From Patescibacteria group bacterium (GTDB lineage: Bacteria; Patescibacteriota; Patescibacteriia; Magasanikbacterales; JBBTQS01): a stretch of DNA of 64,000 nucleotides. Within the stretch, counting starts at the first letter, position 1; each line of letters starts with the position of its first letter. The notes beneath the pieces are model-generated. The model had not been told where the DNA came from and did not search any database. It saw only the letters and a list, made by a program, of their open reading frames with translations. The position numbers were made by a program, and so were the translations under genes. The stretch lies in contig JBBTQS010000001.1 of the NCBI GenBank assembly GCA_038065555.1, positions 256,741-320,740 on the forward strand. The letters run 5' to 3'. Below are positions 17,806-27,549 of the stretch, piece by piece.

Positions 17806-19041
17806 CTAGAATTGAACTGTATTTGGCGAATGTTCAACGGCCCAGAGTGGGAGACCAACAACCGATGGCGCTGTATATACACTCCACACAACTTTAGCAG
17901 GATTAATCTGTACCGAGAGCGTATCGCCAGATGTTGCTGCATGTGTGTCGAGCGTCACAATCAACGGGAAGGCATTTGAAATCGAATTCACCACAACATC
18001 TTTGAACTCAGCGTCGGTGAACACCACGTCGTCGTTCTTGCTCCCCAAATCCTTTGGTCCTGCAACATATGACTTCTGTGCAAGCAGATTAGCAGGGCTC
18101 ACACTGTCCTTATACACCGAGAGAACATATGGTGTATGCGCCGCTGGTGACTTGATCGTTGTGTCAACGGTAAGACCGATGGACCGGAGGGTGTATGGTA
18201 CTTCCTCAACGTTCATCCAGAGAGGGAGAATATGCTGAGGCGTGTGTCCAACTCGTGACTCCATTACACGTGTCTGCACTGGAGACGCACCAACACCAGT
18301 AAGCGGCGTAGAAGTCGGCACATACTTGATGGTTGGCATCGCTGGATACACCGTAATCGAAGGCACTGCACCACTCACTGCCACTCGACGTCGCGCATCG
18401 GTAAGGACGTCATTTGCCATAACGAGCTTGGGCGCGATTTGGAACGAATATGTACATGCTGCAGCTCCTGACTCGTGATAGGTATTTGTATGCGCAATCA
18501 ACCAGAATCGCTTGGTCTGATTAGGGCCGATCATTGATTCAAACCCATCAATAACGACGGGGTTCTTGGGATCCTTGGAAACTGCCTTGTAGGACGCAAT
18601 CGTGGTTGGCGTTGGACCTTCCCCCTCTTTGAGCGACACATACGGCACATTGCAGAGCGTTGATGTCGCCATCATCCCCTGCGTCGCTCCCAATTGTCGT
18701 GCTGCAAATGTAATTGACGAAATCGAAATCGGATTTACCGTGGTATTGGTGAAGTCATACGTGTACACATTGAGACTCGCCTCCTGTGGGACTAGTGCGG
18801 TTGGCGTATGCTCTGGAACAGTTTTGACCATGATATCAAATGCAGGCGCCGCAACCTTTTGCATCTTCTTCGCTGGCGCAGCATTGGTTACTCCACCCCA
18901 AATTCCAATGCCAGCAGTTCCCAACACCACGAGTGCTGCAACGAGCACGCGTGATCCAGATGTACTAGACCGCGGCATAGGATGTGGACAGCTGTCTCCT
19001 GAGCACTGGTGATTCGGGCGTCGTGTCGAAGGTGCGCGCAT
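17806..19041 (-). CDS. hypothetical secreted protein
   Basis: Signal peptide RVLVAALVVLGTAGIGIWG; Thr/Ser/Val-rich beta-type sequence; start chosen at the first ATG downstream of an extended -10 TGcTATACT. Confidence 0.5.
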   Translation of the reverse strand: MRAPSTRRPNHQCSGDSCPHPMPRSSTSGSRVLVAALVVLGTAGIGIWGGVTNAAPAKKMQKVAAPAFDIMVKTVPEHTPTALVPQEASLNVYTYDFTNTTVNPISISSITFAARQLGATQGMMATSTLCNVPYVSLKEGEGPTPTTIASYKAVSKDPKNPVVIDGFESMIGPNQTKRFWLIAHTNTYHESGAAACTYSFQIAPKLVMANDVLTDARRRVAVSGAVPSITVYPAMPTIKYVPTSTPLTGVGASPVQTRVMESRVGHTPQHILPLWMNVEEVPYTLRSIGLTVDTTIKSPAAHTPYVLSVYKDSVSPANLLAQKSYVAGPKDLGSKNDDVVFTDAEFKDVVVNSISNAFPLIVTLDTHAATSGDTLSVQINPAKVVWSVYTAPSVVGLPLWAVEHSPNTVQF

Positions 19042-19068
19042 ACGTGACTTGAAAAGTATATATGCACG

Positions 19069-19077
19069 AGTATAGCA
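19069..19077 (-). promoter_or_regulatory. extended -10 promoter TGcTATACT
   Basis: Minus-strand TTGTGCTATACT about 28 nt upstream of the ATG at 19041; no SD in the short leader. Confidence 0.4.
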
Positions 19078-19081
19078 CAAA

Positions 19082-19582
19082 TCAACTGATCGCGCCTATG
19101 GTGTATTGCACTTCGCGCTCACCGAGCTTCACTATCACAACATCACCAACACCACGACCAAGGAGCGCCGATCCGATCGGCGAAATATGTGAAATGATTC
19201 CAGCGCTTGGATCACTCTCTGTTGAACCAAGGATCTGGAACGTGCGTTCGCGACCACCAGTGGTTACCGTCACGGTGTTACCTACACGTACGACATCACT
19301 CTTCTTACCCGGTGCAATAATGACTGCCTGACGAAGTTGGTTCTCGATTACCAAGATGCGATTGTTAATGCCGCGTAGCCTCCCCTTCGCCGCTTGATAC
19401 TCTGCGTTCTCCGAGAAATCTCCGAGCTCTGCAAATCGCGCAACATCTGCCGCAGCCTGACGTCGAGTGACATTCTTGAGTCGATCCAATGTCCGCTCCA
19501 ACTCATCGCATTTTTCGCGCGTCAAGAACGCATCAGCTTGATGATGCGTCCATTTGCCTGGTTTGCGATGTGGAGTCTGCAT
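19082..19582 (-). CDS. greA: transcription elongation factor GreA
   Basis: N-terminal coiled-coil (ELGDFSENAEYQAAKGRLRGINNRILVIENQLRQAVII) plus C-terminal FKBP-like domain (VRVGNTVTV...GIISHISPIGSALLG); 166 aa. Confidence 0.9.
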   Translation of the reverse strand: MQTPHRKPGKWTHHQADAFLTREKCDELERTLDRLKNVTRRQAAADVARFAELGDFSENAEYQAAKGRLRGINNRILVIENQLRQAVIIAPGKKSDVVRVGNTVTVTTGGRERTFQILGSTESDPSAGIISHISPIGSALLGRGVGDVVIVKLGEREVQYTIGAIS

Positions 19583-19587
19583 GGAAT

Positions 19588-20022
19588 CTAGCGCACGACC
19601 AAATACGCGATGGTTGCGACAACGCCTGTGAGCAATGCACCCCAGGCCATATCAACTACAGTGAGTGTGACAGGCCAGTGACGCAATGTTGCTTGGTTAG
19701 TGAGATCATACGTTGCGTACGCCAACAATCCCAAGAATGCTCCGCGCATGAATACCGTGCTCACAGCCGATCCCGCAGCAACCGCTGGTTGCACCACAAA
19801 ATAACTAATACCAATGGCGTAGAGAACATAGAAAAGCGCAGCGGGCGCCAACGAGAACTTGGCAGCCATCAAGTCACCCAACCACTTTGCATACCACGCG
19901 CGCGCAATCACTCCGATCCACACTAGATCAATAGCAAGCAAGGCAACCAACGCAATGAGGCTTGAATACAGCATAAAATAAAATATAGCGTCAGTATAAA
20001 ACGAAAACCCCCGGAGCGCCAT
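19588..20022 (-). CDS. small integral membrane protein (DUF2177-like)
   Basis: 144 aa with 4 predicted TM helices; the similarity assignment is weak. Confidence 0.4.
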   Translation of the reverse strand: MALRGFSFYTDAIFYFMLYSSLIALVALLAIDLVWIGVIARAWYAKWLGDLMAAKFSLAPAALFYVLYAIGISYFVVQPAVAAGSAVSTVFMRGAFLGLLAYATYDLTNQATLRHWPVTLTVVDMAWGALLTGVVATIAYLVVR

Positions 20023-20059
20023 GCCTTGTTAAAGACATGGACGCTCCGAGGGTCAACGG

Positions 20060-20797
20060 TTACTTGCGAGTCGTCGCAAGGAAATTCGCCCATTCCGGAT
20101 CGATCGCGCTGACGGACAGCTTGGCCGCAAGCGACCCAGGCACCCACATCCCCGCGTGCAGTGAGTGGCCGTCGTACTGCGAAAGAAGTTTGTACCGCAG
20201 TTCGAGGAACCGAGGACTCACCTCGGAGTCGCAGAACAACTGGTACATGAGGTGCGCCGAGTCTGGTACTTTGTAGATGCCCCACCCCCGAGTCAGTTCT
20301 CCCGCTTCTCCAAATCTGGAGCGGGTCATCGCCCACGTGCCCTGGACTGCTGGGTCCAGTGCGTAGGGAGGAACCCATCCGGCAGCATCGAGGTTGAAGT
20401 CCAGTGGAACCCCCTCTTGTGCAAGCAGTTGCCTCGTTACGATTGCCACATCGACCGTGGTCGAACCGCGTCCCCACCGCACGCGTGTGAGTTCGCCCAC
20501 GTATTTGACCCCGTGTTGCACACACCATCGTTGGAACTTGACGGTGAGACCCGACATCGAAGCGATCTCCTGCGAGAGGACTTCTTGGTACGATCTCCCT
20601 GCTCGTTGAAACGCCGCACGCCTGAGCACCTCGTCACGTGTGAGCACGTCTCCCAGTCTGCCGTTGCGGAAGTGCAGGCAACAGTCGAGAAGCCGATCGA
20701 TCTCATCGATCCCATTTCCCGCCACGAGGTAGTTGAGTATCAGCGAGATCTCCCGCGAGAAGGCGGTGATCGCCTCGTCCTTTGCTGATTGTGTCAC
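20060..20797 (-). CDS. hypothetical protein (GTG start)
   Basis: AAGAGGAGAA RBS immediately before the GTG at 20797 and a CTTGACAAA-type promoter upstream; the antisense + strand ORF (20165-20788) is rejected. Confidence 0.5.
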   Translation of the reverse strand: MTQSAKDEAITAFSREISLILNYLVAGNGIDEIDRLLDCCLHFRNGRLGDVLTRDEVLRRAAFQRAGRSYQEVLSQEIASMSGLTVKFQRWCVQHGVKYVGELTRVRWGRGSTTVDVAIVTRQLLAQEGVPLDFNLDAAGWVPPYALDPAVQGTWAMTRSRFGEAGELTRGWGIYKVPDSAHLMYQLFCDSEVSPRFLELRYKLLSQYDGHSLHAGMWVPGSLAAKLSVSAIDPEWANFLATTRK

Positions 20798-20839
20798 GTT
20801 CTCCTCTTTCTTCGGTACGCCATGTAGCCGAAGATCCGA

Positions 20840-20868
20840 AGAGTAGCACTTTTTGCACGATTTGTCAA
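20840..20868 (-). promoter_or_regulatory. sigma70-type promoter CTTGACAAAT-17-TACTCT
   Basis: Minus-strand -35 TTGACA and -10 TACTCT with 17-nt spacer, 45 nt upstream of the GTG start. Confidence 0.45.
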
Positions 20869-20896
20869 GAATAGTGCACCTTCTGCGATGATTACA

Positions 20897-20905
20897 TGGT
20901 ACAAT
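20897..20905 (+). promoter_or_regulatory. extended -10 promoter TGgTACAAT (divergent from previous)
   Basis: TGGTACAAT followed by 8 nt and then ATG at 20914, which predicts a leaderless transcript. Confidence 0.4.
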
Positions 20906-20913
20906 AGAATTCT

Positions 20914-21759
20914 ATGAACTATTTTCACAACGTAGGACTCATGTTCGTGGGCATTGCGCTTCTCACATCCTCACCAGCTGCCGCGCTGACCAAGCCCGCA
21001 CCCGAAGTTCACACACTCGCCGTCCCACACATTTGGGAAATCCCCGATGGCAAATGGGTACCACCATGGAGTGGTGCATGTGAAGAAGTGAGCGTCGTGA
21101 TGGTCGAACGGTTCTATCTCAAGGACAAGACTGCGCAATTCACACCAGCACAGACCAAGGCTATTGTTGGTCCACTCTTTCCTTGGGAAAACAAACAGTT
21201 CGGAAGCAACATTGACACCGATGCCACTCGCACCGCACGCATGATGAATGATTTCTCCTCTGCAGAAGCAACGATTGTCTGGAATCCAACACTCGCTGCG
21301 ATCAAGGACGAGTTGCGCGCTGGGCGGCCGGTGATCTCCATGCACTATGGATATGACATGAACAATCCTCGCCACCGGTTCCGCCAGGGTAGTTCGTCGT
21401 ATCATGTGGTTGTGCTCGCAGGATTTGATGACGCCAAACAGGAATTCCTCGTGAACGATTCAGAATTCAAGGATGGTCGACACAACCGATACGCGTACAG
21501 CACGATCATGAATTCATTGCACGACTTCGATCACAAGACACGCAAGGCCAATGGCAAACCAGTTGTACTCTTCACCAGTCCCAAGCGTCTGGTGAAGACC
21601 GCGTCTGATCCCAAGGTCTATCTCGTGCGTAACAATACGCGATTCCACATCGCATCAATGGACGTGTTGCGCGCACGCCGCATCGAGCTCAAGAATCTAG
21701 AAATTATCTCTGACAGCGCACTCACCCAAATCCCCGAAGGCGCTGCCATCACAAAGTAA
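20914..21759 (+). CDS. secreted peptidase C39-like domain protein (papain-fold Cys/His, BtrH/C39_2-like)
   Basis: Signal peptide; candidate catalytic Cys in WSGACEEVSVVM, His in SSYHVVVLAGFDD, followed by VNDS; 281 aa. Confidence 0.5.
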   Translation: MNYFHNVGLMFVGIALLTSSPAAALTKPAPEVHTLAVPHIWEIPDGKWVPPWSGACEEVSVVMVERFYLKDKTAQFTPAQTKAIVGPLFPWENKQFGSNIDTDATRTARMMNDFSSAEATIVWNPTLAAIKDELRAGRPVISMHYGYDMNNPRHRFRQGSSSYHVVVLAGFDDAKQEFLVNDSEFKDGRHNRYAYSTIMNSLHDFDHKTRKANGKPVVLFTSPKRLVKTASDPKVYLVRNNTRFHIASMDVLRARRIELKNLEIISDSALTQIPEGAAITK

Positions 21760-21761
21760 AA

Positions 21762-21800
21762 AAGAAAAGACCTTGGGTTACCCTCGGGTCTTTTCTGTTC
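21762..21800 (+). terminator. probable intrinsic terminator
   Basis: Imperfect GACC..GGGTTACCC..GGGTC hairpin followed by TTTTCTGTT immediately after the stop codon. Confidence 0.4.
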
Positions 21801-21860
21801 GAAGTCGGAACACTGCTGCGCTGCGCTATGGCCGCGCGAATGGGGCACAGACCCTTTGCC

Positions 21861-21891
21861 TTGAGATGCTGATATCGCACCCGTATACAAT
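21861..21891 (+). promoter_or_regulatory. promoter TTGAGA ... TATACAAT for the ABC exporter
   Basis: TTGAGA -35, then TACAAT -10, then 8 nt before the ATG at 21900; the same TACAAT-8nt-ATG leaderless geometry as at 20914. Confidence 0.35.
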
Positions 21892-21899
21892 CGTCAACG

Positions 21900-22859
21900 A
21901 TGAGTTGCACAACAGATGCAAGCGCGTTACACTACACTATCATCATTTTACCCATGCAAGCACTTACACTCCAACACATCAACAAGTCCTTCACACTCGC
22001 CAACAAATCCCAGATTGAGGCGGTTCGTGATGTTTCGCTCACGATTGCACCTGGTTCTATTCACGGATTGCTTGGCCCCAACGGCGCTGGTAAATCAACG
22101 ATCATCAGCATGGTCAGCGGCATGATCACACCAGATACTGGCTCGATCTCCCTCTTTGGTGAAGATGTTGTAGCGCACCCCGAACGAACCAAGGCATTCC
22201 TCGGCATCGTTCCGCAAGAGATTGTTGTGGAAATGGCGTTCACTGTGAAGGAAGTCCTCTACTACTTCAGCGGAATGTACGGCGTACCAGCATCGCAGCG
22301 TGAAGTTCGCATTCGTGAAGTATTACAAGCACTCGATCTCGAGAGCAAAATGGACGAACGCGCGCGCAATCTCTCTGGTGGTATGAAGCGTCGGTTGATG
22401 ATTGCAAAAGCCATTCTCCATCGCCCCAAATTCCTCATTCTCGATGAGCCAACCGCAGGAGTTGACGTCACGCTCCGACAGCGCATCTGGTCGCTCGTAC
22501 GCCAGCTCAATGCAGAAGGAACAACGATTCTCTTCACCACGCACTATCTCGAGGAAGCTGAGAATCTCTGCGAGGCAATCACGCTCATTGACCACGGACA
22601 AGTGATCAAGGACGGCAAGCTCAAAGACATTCAACAGGAATTCTCCAAAAATGCGATTCACTTCGAGTTGTACAAGCCGACAACAGCACACCTCCCCGGC
22701 GTAGTGCCTGTTGGCACAGAATTCGAGTATCCAATGACAAATCTCGCAGCAGACACAGGTCTGCTCACTGCGCACTATGGTGACAACATGAAGTCGCTGC
22801 GCTCTGAGGCAGCATCTCTTGAGTCTATTTTCATCAAGCTCACCAATCAATCCGTATGA
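21900..22859 (+). CDS. ABC transporter ATP-binding protein (ABC-2 exporter ATPase)
   Basis: LLGPNGAGKST Walker A, LSGGMKRRL signature, ILDEPTAGVD Walker B; start is either the leaderless ATG at 21900 or the internal MQALTL at 21954. Confidence 0.8.
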   Translation: MSCTTDASALHYTIIILPMQALTLQHINKSFTLANKSQIEAVRDVSLTIAPGSIHGLLGPNGAGKSTIISMVSGMITPDTGSISLFGEDVVAHPERTKAFLGIVPQEIVVEMAFTVKEVLYYFSGMYGVPASQREVRIREVLQALDLESKMDERARNLSGGMKRRLMIAKAILHRPKFLILDEPTAGVDVTLRQRIWSLVRQLNAEGTTILFTTHYLEEAENLCEAITLIDHGQVIKDGKLKDIQQEFSKNAIHFELYKPTTAHLPGVVPVGTEFEYPMTNLAADTGLLTAHYGDNMKSLRSEAASLESIFIKLTNQSV

Positions 22860-23617
22860 TGACCGGCATGTGGGCGCTCTACGCGCGTGAAGTCAAGCGA
22901 TTCCAAAAGATTTTGCTCGATACATTAGCAAGTCCGATTGTTTCTGTGGTGCTCTACCTCGGCATCTTCGGTATTGTCGCTGCGGATAGACTTATTGAAG
23001 GAATCCCGTATGTAACATTCGTGTACACGGGATTGCTCGGCATGATGATGGTCAACAGCAGCTTTTCCAATCCTGCGTTTGCCCTCGTTATTGCGAAGAA
23101 TTTGGGAAGTATTATCGATCTGCAACTTGTTCCGCTCAAGTCGTGGCAAATTGGATTGGCGTACACACTCGCCGCAATGACGCGTGGTTTCATCACGATG
23201 CTTGTGGCAATTCTTGTAACCGTGTGGTTCATTCCAGACATGGGCATTCATAGCTGGTGGTATTTGATCGCCGGTATTCTTGTCACTGGTATTGAATTTG
23301 GTTCTCTTGGTGTTGTATTTGGTCTCTGGGCAAAGAGCTTTGAGGCGCTCACATTCGTGACGACGTTCGTGATGCAACCCATGATCTTCCTTGCTGGTGT
23401 GTTCTATCCGATTGCTGATCTCCCGCATCCTTGGGCAGCAATTAGTATGTGGAATCCGATCCACCACACCATCAACGTGTTGCGCTACGCAGCAACAGGA
23501 TACGCAGACACGTCTCCACTTCTCTCCCTCTCGATCATGACTGGCATCGCGGTTGTACTCTTCGGATGGATGCAGGTGAGCACGCAACGTGGATTGCGAC
23601 GCATCAAGACGCAGTAA
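22856..23617 (+). CDS. ABC-2 type transporter permease
   Basis: ATGA overlap with the ATPase gene; 6-TM ABC-2 permease profile. Confidence 0.8.
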   Translation: MMTGMWALYAREVKRFQKILLDTLASPIVSVVLYLGIFGIVAADRLIEGIPYVTFVYTGLLGMMMVNSSFSNPAFALVIAKNLGSIIDLQLVPLKSWQIGLAYTLAAMTRGFITMLVAILVTVWFIPDMGIHSWWYLIAGILVTGIEFGSLGVVFGLWAKSFEALTFVTTFVMQPMIFLAGVFYPIADLPHPWAAISMWNPIHHTINVLRYAATGYADTSPLLSLSIMTGIAVVLFGWMQVSTQRGLRRIKTQ

Positions 23618-23680
23618 GTCTCGCATACCACAAAAAGACAAGCGCCCTCGTGAAGTGATATCACGGGGGCATTTGCTTGT

Positions 23681-24202
23681 TCATGAGTTGTAGTCCTCGC
23701 CATCAGCGAGAACAATTTCGTAACGACACCCTCCCGACAAGATCATGTCACTTGCCGCCCTGTTCACCCGGGCAAAGAGACGCCAGTGCGCCGTGAATTT
23801 GCCTTGTGGATGTTTTGGCGAAGGAAGGATGACTTTGTCCAGGTCGATTTGGAAGAACACCTTCCCACCATCTACCGGAGCCGGTGAATGGCGCCCCCAG
23901 ATTTCAGATCGAACGAATCCCCCTCCGGAAACCCCGGAGATATGGAACTGACCCGCAGCGTCCAAAATAACGCCGCGCAGTCGACTTCCTGGATACACGT
24001 CCTTTCTCGTATGCATGAGTGTCAGCCCATAGCGTACGCTCTCAACGAGCCACGCTTTTTGCTGCGTTACTCCTGCAATCGGACTACGCGCTCTGTCCAT
24101 GTCTGCCTTGGGGGGCAGCAGGACCGTCAAAAAGGAAGAAGTTGCTGTGGTAACAGCCTCGACAACCGAGACTGCACCACTTGGAACCAATGCAACTGAC
24201 AT
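23681..24202 (-). CDS. hypothetical protein
   Basis: about 173 aa ORF with no recognisable motif; start uncertain. Confidence 0.35.
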   Translation of the reverse strand: MSVALVPSGAVSVVEAVTTATSSFLTVLLPPKADMDRARSPIAGVTQQKAWLVESVRYGLTLMHTRKDVYPGSRLRGVILDAAGQFHISGVSGGGFVRSEIWGRHSPAPVDGGKVFFQIDLDKVILPSPKHPQGKFTAHWRLFARVNRAASDMILSGGCRYEIVLADGEDYNS

Positions 24203-24316
24203 AGTGTCCCTCCTTGTGAGGAATCTGTTGCAGCTCAAGTCTATATGATTCCTCTGTTTTGGTCAATATATACCAACAAACACTGCCATGGTGGGCAGCG
24301 TTTGTGCTGTGTGACC

Positions 24317-27300
24317 TTAAAGCTGTGTGGTCAGAATCGTGTAATTGACGAAGTACGCGTCTGGGACATCGACTACTTTCTTCGCCCAGTCTGCGCCATA
24401 GAGCTCTACAGCACGTGCCTCAGTCGAGACCCACTGCAATGTAGCGTCTGCTGTCACTGCGTAGACCTTCGGAACTGTCGTGATCTTCACGAGGTATGTA
24501 CCTGGCTTGATCGTCATATTCTTGCCGAGCGAGAATGTGGCGAGCTGCTCTGGTGTGATTGTCTTCACCTTGCTGAAGTCCTTGCCATACCAGCTGTGAT
24601 ACACCGCTTCCATAGGGAATGACCGTCGAGTTCCTGATGCGTCAATGTAGTAGACTGCTGTGTTACCGTCGATCTTCACAAGATCGCCCACGCTCAGTCC
24701 AAATGGGATCTGGACACCAGGGACTGGAGTTGTTGGGAGCTTGTCACCCGTAACTGGTGGAGGCGTGACAACGCCGCTTTCTGATGCTGCTGTAACTGTA
24801 ATAGAATCACTTGCAACGGCTGATACCGCACCTGTCGCGCTTGCGAACTTCACATATACTGTCTTGCTTCCATTTCCTGCGCTGAGTGTGAATGCACGTG
24901 AAGTCACGTACGGCTCCCAAACACCTCCAACAAATTCAGGATGTTCGCTCACTGCCATTTCAGATGCACCTGTTGCTGTGAGTTGGAGTACGACGTTGCG
25001 TGATGCTGTTGACGCTGCGTTGGCATTGATGACTACTGTGCCAGCAACTGTTGTTGCGCTTGTAGCACCTGTTGATCCAGATGATCCTTGGCTCAACACA
25101 CTAATCGTTGTGGTTGATGCGTCCGTTGTATTTGTTGCATCCACAAATGCTACCGAAAGCGTTCCGTTACCTGTCATGTCGAGTGTTCCGTCGCCCACTG
25201 ATGCAACGTTGGTACCACGTACCGTGAGCGCACCACGGAAAATTCCTGTTGCAACGCCGGTCTCGGTCATGAGCACTGATTCTGCGTCACCAGTGTTGCT
25301 GTAGAGACGAATCTGGTTAGACCCAGCAGTCATGCTTTCGGACGTTGAGCCATTGAGATTGCCGTCGTCGTCATTTACTTCCACGTAGAGTAGATCTCCT
25401 GCGCGATACGTAATGGTTGATTGCTGTGTACCAGAGCCATCAACAAACCGGAGATACCCATTCGGGTTAATAATTGTTCCTGTTTGTGTCAATGTTCCGC
25501 TGTTGGCGATGCTGCCAACCGCTGGAACCGTGAGATCAACTCCGGTATCTACTACGACAGTTGTTCCTGCTGCAATCGTGAGTGTTCCCATCACTGTCGT
25601 TGTTGCAGTGAATGTGAATGTCTGCCCAGAAGCAGAGATCGTAACATTACCTGGGTATACAAATGTACTTGGCAAGTTACCACTTCCTGTGAAGGCAACC
25701 GTACTTGTTGAAGCAAATCGATACTGGTTGTTTGTGACGGCAATTAATTTTGTTGCATCTGTCGATGCTACCGTAAATGTACCACCATCAACACGGATGT
25801 ACGCAAGAGTTGTTGTAACGCTTGGACGAGTCACTGTGAGTGAGTACCCTGCTGGGATAATCATCGTACTCGAAACAGCGATTTTGCCGAGGTTCATTGT
25901 TCCAGCACTCGCGCCTACTGACTGAAGCGTGCCAGACTGTGTCGTCGAAATCGATGTTGTTGCTGAACCTGCAGTAATCGTTCCCGCTGCAGTCATGAGC
26001 ACATCACCTGCGAAAGTGATTCCAGTAGTTCCGTTAGGCAAAACGATACTCGTTGATGCACCAGTTACAAGGAAGTCATTTGTAACAACCATTGGATCAT
26101 CGAATACATCGAATCGAAGTGTACCTGTCGCAACAGTGAGATTAATGACATCCCAATACCCCATCACATTCGTGAGACTACCACTTGCTGATGTACCAGG
26201 ATAGAGTGTGCCTGATTCCTTACGAATGTATACATCGTAAAACTGTACTGTGGACGAAACAAACTGATCGCCTGTACCATCGAAAATAAATACGTTTTCG
26301 CCTGCTGTAATCGCTGCCGCACCCAGACGTTGGTAGAAGTGCCCACCGACATTGAACTGTCCTGTTCCCCAGAGCAAGCCAATATGCGTCCCTGGATTGC
26401 ACAATCCTGCACCCGATGCTTCGAGTGATAAAGTGCCGTCAGCATCAAGTGTTGCGTTCTTTGTGCGGAAATCTGCGTTACCTTCGGTAACCTTGAGGTG
26501 CGTTGTTGCTAAGCCACCACTCACGATCATTGTTGAAGCACTAGCACACGGGAGTGTTACCTGAAACGTACCAGCAAAAACATGGTTACTCGTTGAAGTT
26601 ACGTAATAAGTTCCAGAATCCTGTGGATCGTAAGAATATGTCGTGCTCACTGTGCTCAGTGTTGCTGATGAACCGATCTGGATATTTCCCTGGAATGTAT
26701 ACGTTGGCGTACCGAGTGCGAGTCCGGCTTGCGCGTTATTTGCGATAGTCAGTGAACCACCTTGTGTCCACGCGATGTTATTTGTTTGGAAATCAAAGAG
26801 TCCTTGTGTAATTGTCGCTGCACAGTACGAGGTCAATGTATCGGATACAAGAATAACACTGTCTGAGGATCCACCTGCTGTATTATTTACTTCAATAGTG
26901 CAGTATGAAGCAGATGAACCTGGTCGGAATGTCTGTGATGCAGCGGTACCACCGAATTCAAGCGCGAACATGTGCGCTTCGTCGAGCGTGAGTGTTCCAC
27001 CGTTGATCATCCAGTCACCCTTCACCGTGGTATCGAGCGCAGGCAAAAAAGTTCCCGAGTTCAACACAAGATCGTCGTTGAATACTGCGGTACCACTATT
27101 AAAAGTAGAAGTAACAGTACCACCTGCGATAGTCATCGCACCTCCGGCCGTCAACGTATATGTTGCAACATTGAATGTACCCGCAGAAATCGTTGATGAT
27201 GCGATTGTAGCGTTGGCACCGAGTGTAATAATACCAGAGTATCCAGATGCAACACGCACTACAAGGTTTGAATAACTCGAGGCAAATGTAGAATCCCAAG

Positions 27301-27523
27301 TTGCATTCGATGTGGATGTGCCGTCGAAGACAATAGTGTCCCCATCTGCAGGTAATGTATTACTATCCCAGTTGGATGCTGTGCTCATGTTACCACTGCC
27401 ATCCCAGGTCTTGGTTGCAGCATGTGTGTCAGCTTGTACACCCACAAACAATGCAAATGCACCTAGGAGCACCCCCGCAGTCCGCAATCCTTGCAACACA
27501 AATGATCTTGTTCCCATACGCAT
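24317..27523 (-). CDS. giant Ser/Thr/Gly-rich cell-surface protein A (beta-helix/Ig-like repeats) with C-terminal about 115-aa shared domain
   Basis: Signal peptide MRMGTRSFVLQGLRTAGVLLGAFALFVGVQA; about 900 aa of T/S/G/A/N-rich beta repeats; C-terminal KPGTYLVKITTVPKVYAV...DVPDAYFVNYT domain homologous to the N-terminus of the 37216-40914 protein. Confidence 0.7.
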   Translation of the reverse strand: MRMGTRSFVLQGLRTAGVLLGAFALFVGVQADTHAATKTWDGSGNMSTASNWDSNTLPADGDTIVFDGTSTSNATWDSTFASSYSNLVVRVASGYSGIITLGANATIASSTISAGTFNVATYTLTAGGAMTIAGGTVTSTFNSGTAVFNDDLVLNSGTFLPALDTTVKGDWMINGGTLTLDEAHMFALEFGGTAASQTFRPGSSASYCTIEVNNTAGGSSDSVILVSDTLTSYCAATITQGLFDFQTNNIAWTQGGSLTIANNAQAGLALGTPTYTFQGNIQIGSSATLSTVSTTYSYDPQDSGTYYVTSTSNHVFAGTFQVTLPCASASTMIVSGGLATTHLKVTEGNADFRTKNATLDADGTLSLEASGAGLCNPGTHIGLLWGTGQFNVGGHFYQRLGAAAITAGENVFIFDGTGDQFVSSTVQFYDVYIRKESGTLYPGTSASGSLTNVMGYWDVINLTVATGTLRFDVFDDPMVVTNDFLVTGASTSIVLPNGTTGITFAGDVLMTAAGTITAGSATTSISTTQSGTLQSVGASAGTMNLGKIAVSSTMIIPAGYSLTVTRPSVTTTLAYIRVDGGTFTVASTDATKLIAVTNNQYRFASTSTVAFTGSGNLPSTFVYPGNVTISASGQTFTFTATTTVMGTLTIAAGTTVVVDTGVDLTVPAVGSIANSGTLTQTGTIINPNGYLRFVDGSGTQQSTITYRAGDLLYVEVNDDDGNLNGSTSESMTAGSNQIRLYSNTGDAESVLMTETGVATGIFRGALTVRGTNVASVGDGTLDMTGNGTLSVAFVDATNTTDASTTTISVLSQGSSGSTGATSATTVAGTVVINANAASTASRNVVLQLTATGASEMAVSEHPEFVGGVWEPYVTSRAFTLSAGNGSKTVYVKFASATGAVSAVASDSITVTAASESGVVTPPPVTGDKLPTTPVPGVQIPFGLSVGDLVKIDGNTAVYYIDASGTRRSFPMEAVYHSWYGKDFSKVKTITPEQLATFSLGKNMTIKPGTYLVKITTVPKVYAVTADATLQWVSTEARAVELYGADWAKKVVDVPDAYFVNYTILTTQL

Positions 27524-27536
27524 TATTATTGGTCGG

Positions 27537-27545
27537 AGTATAGCA
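27537..27545 (-). promoter_or_regulatory. extended -10 promoter TGcTATACT
   Basis: Minus-strand GTGCTATACT 13 nt upstream of the ATG of surface protein A (near-leaderless). Confidence 0.4.
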
Positions 27546-27549
27546 CACT

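Noticed and set aside
20165-20788. 207-aa + strand ORF antisense to the 20060-20797 gene
   Set aside because: The minus-strand frame has a strong RBS (AAGAGGAGAA-GTG) and a canonical promoter; the + frame has neither and reads as low-complexity sequence.
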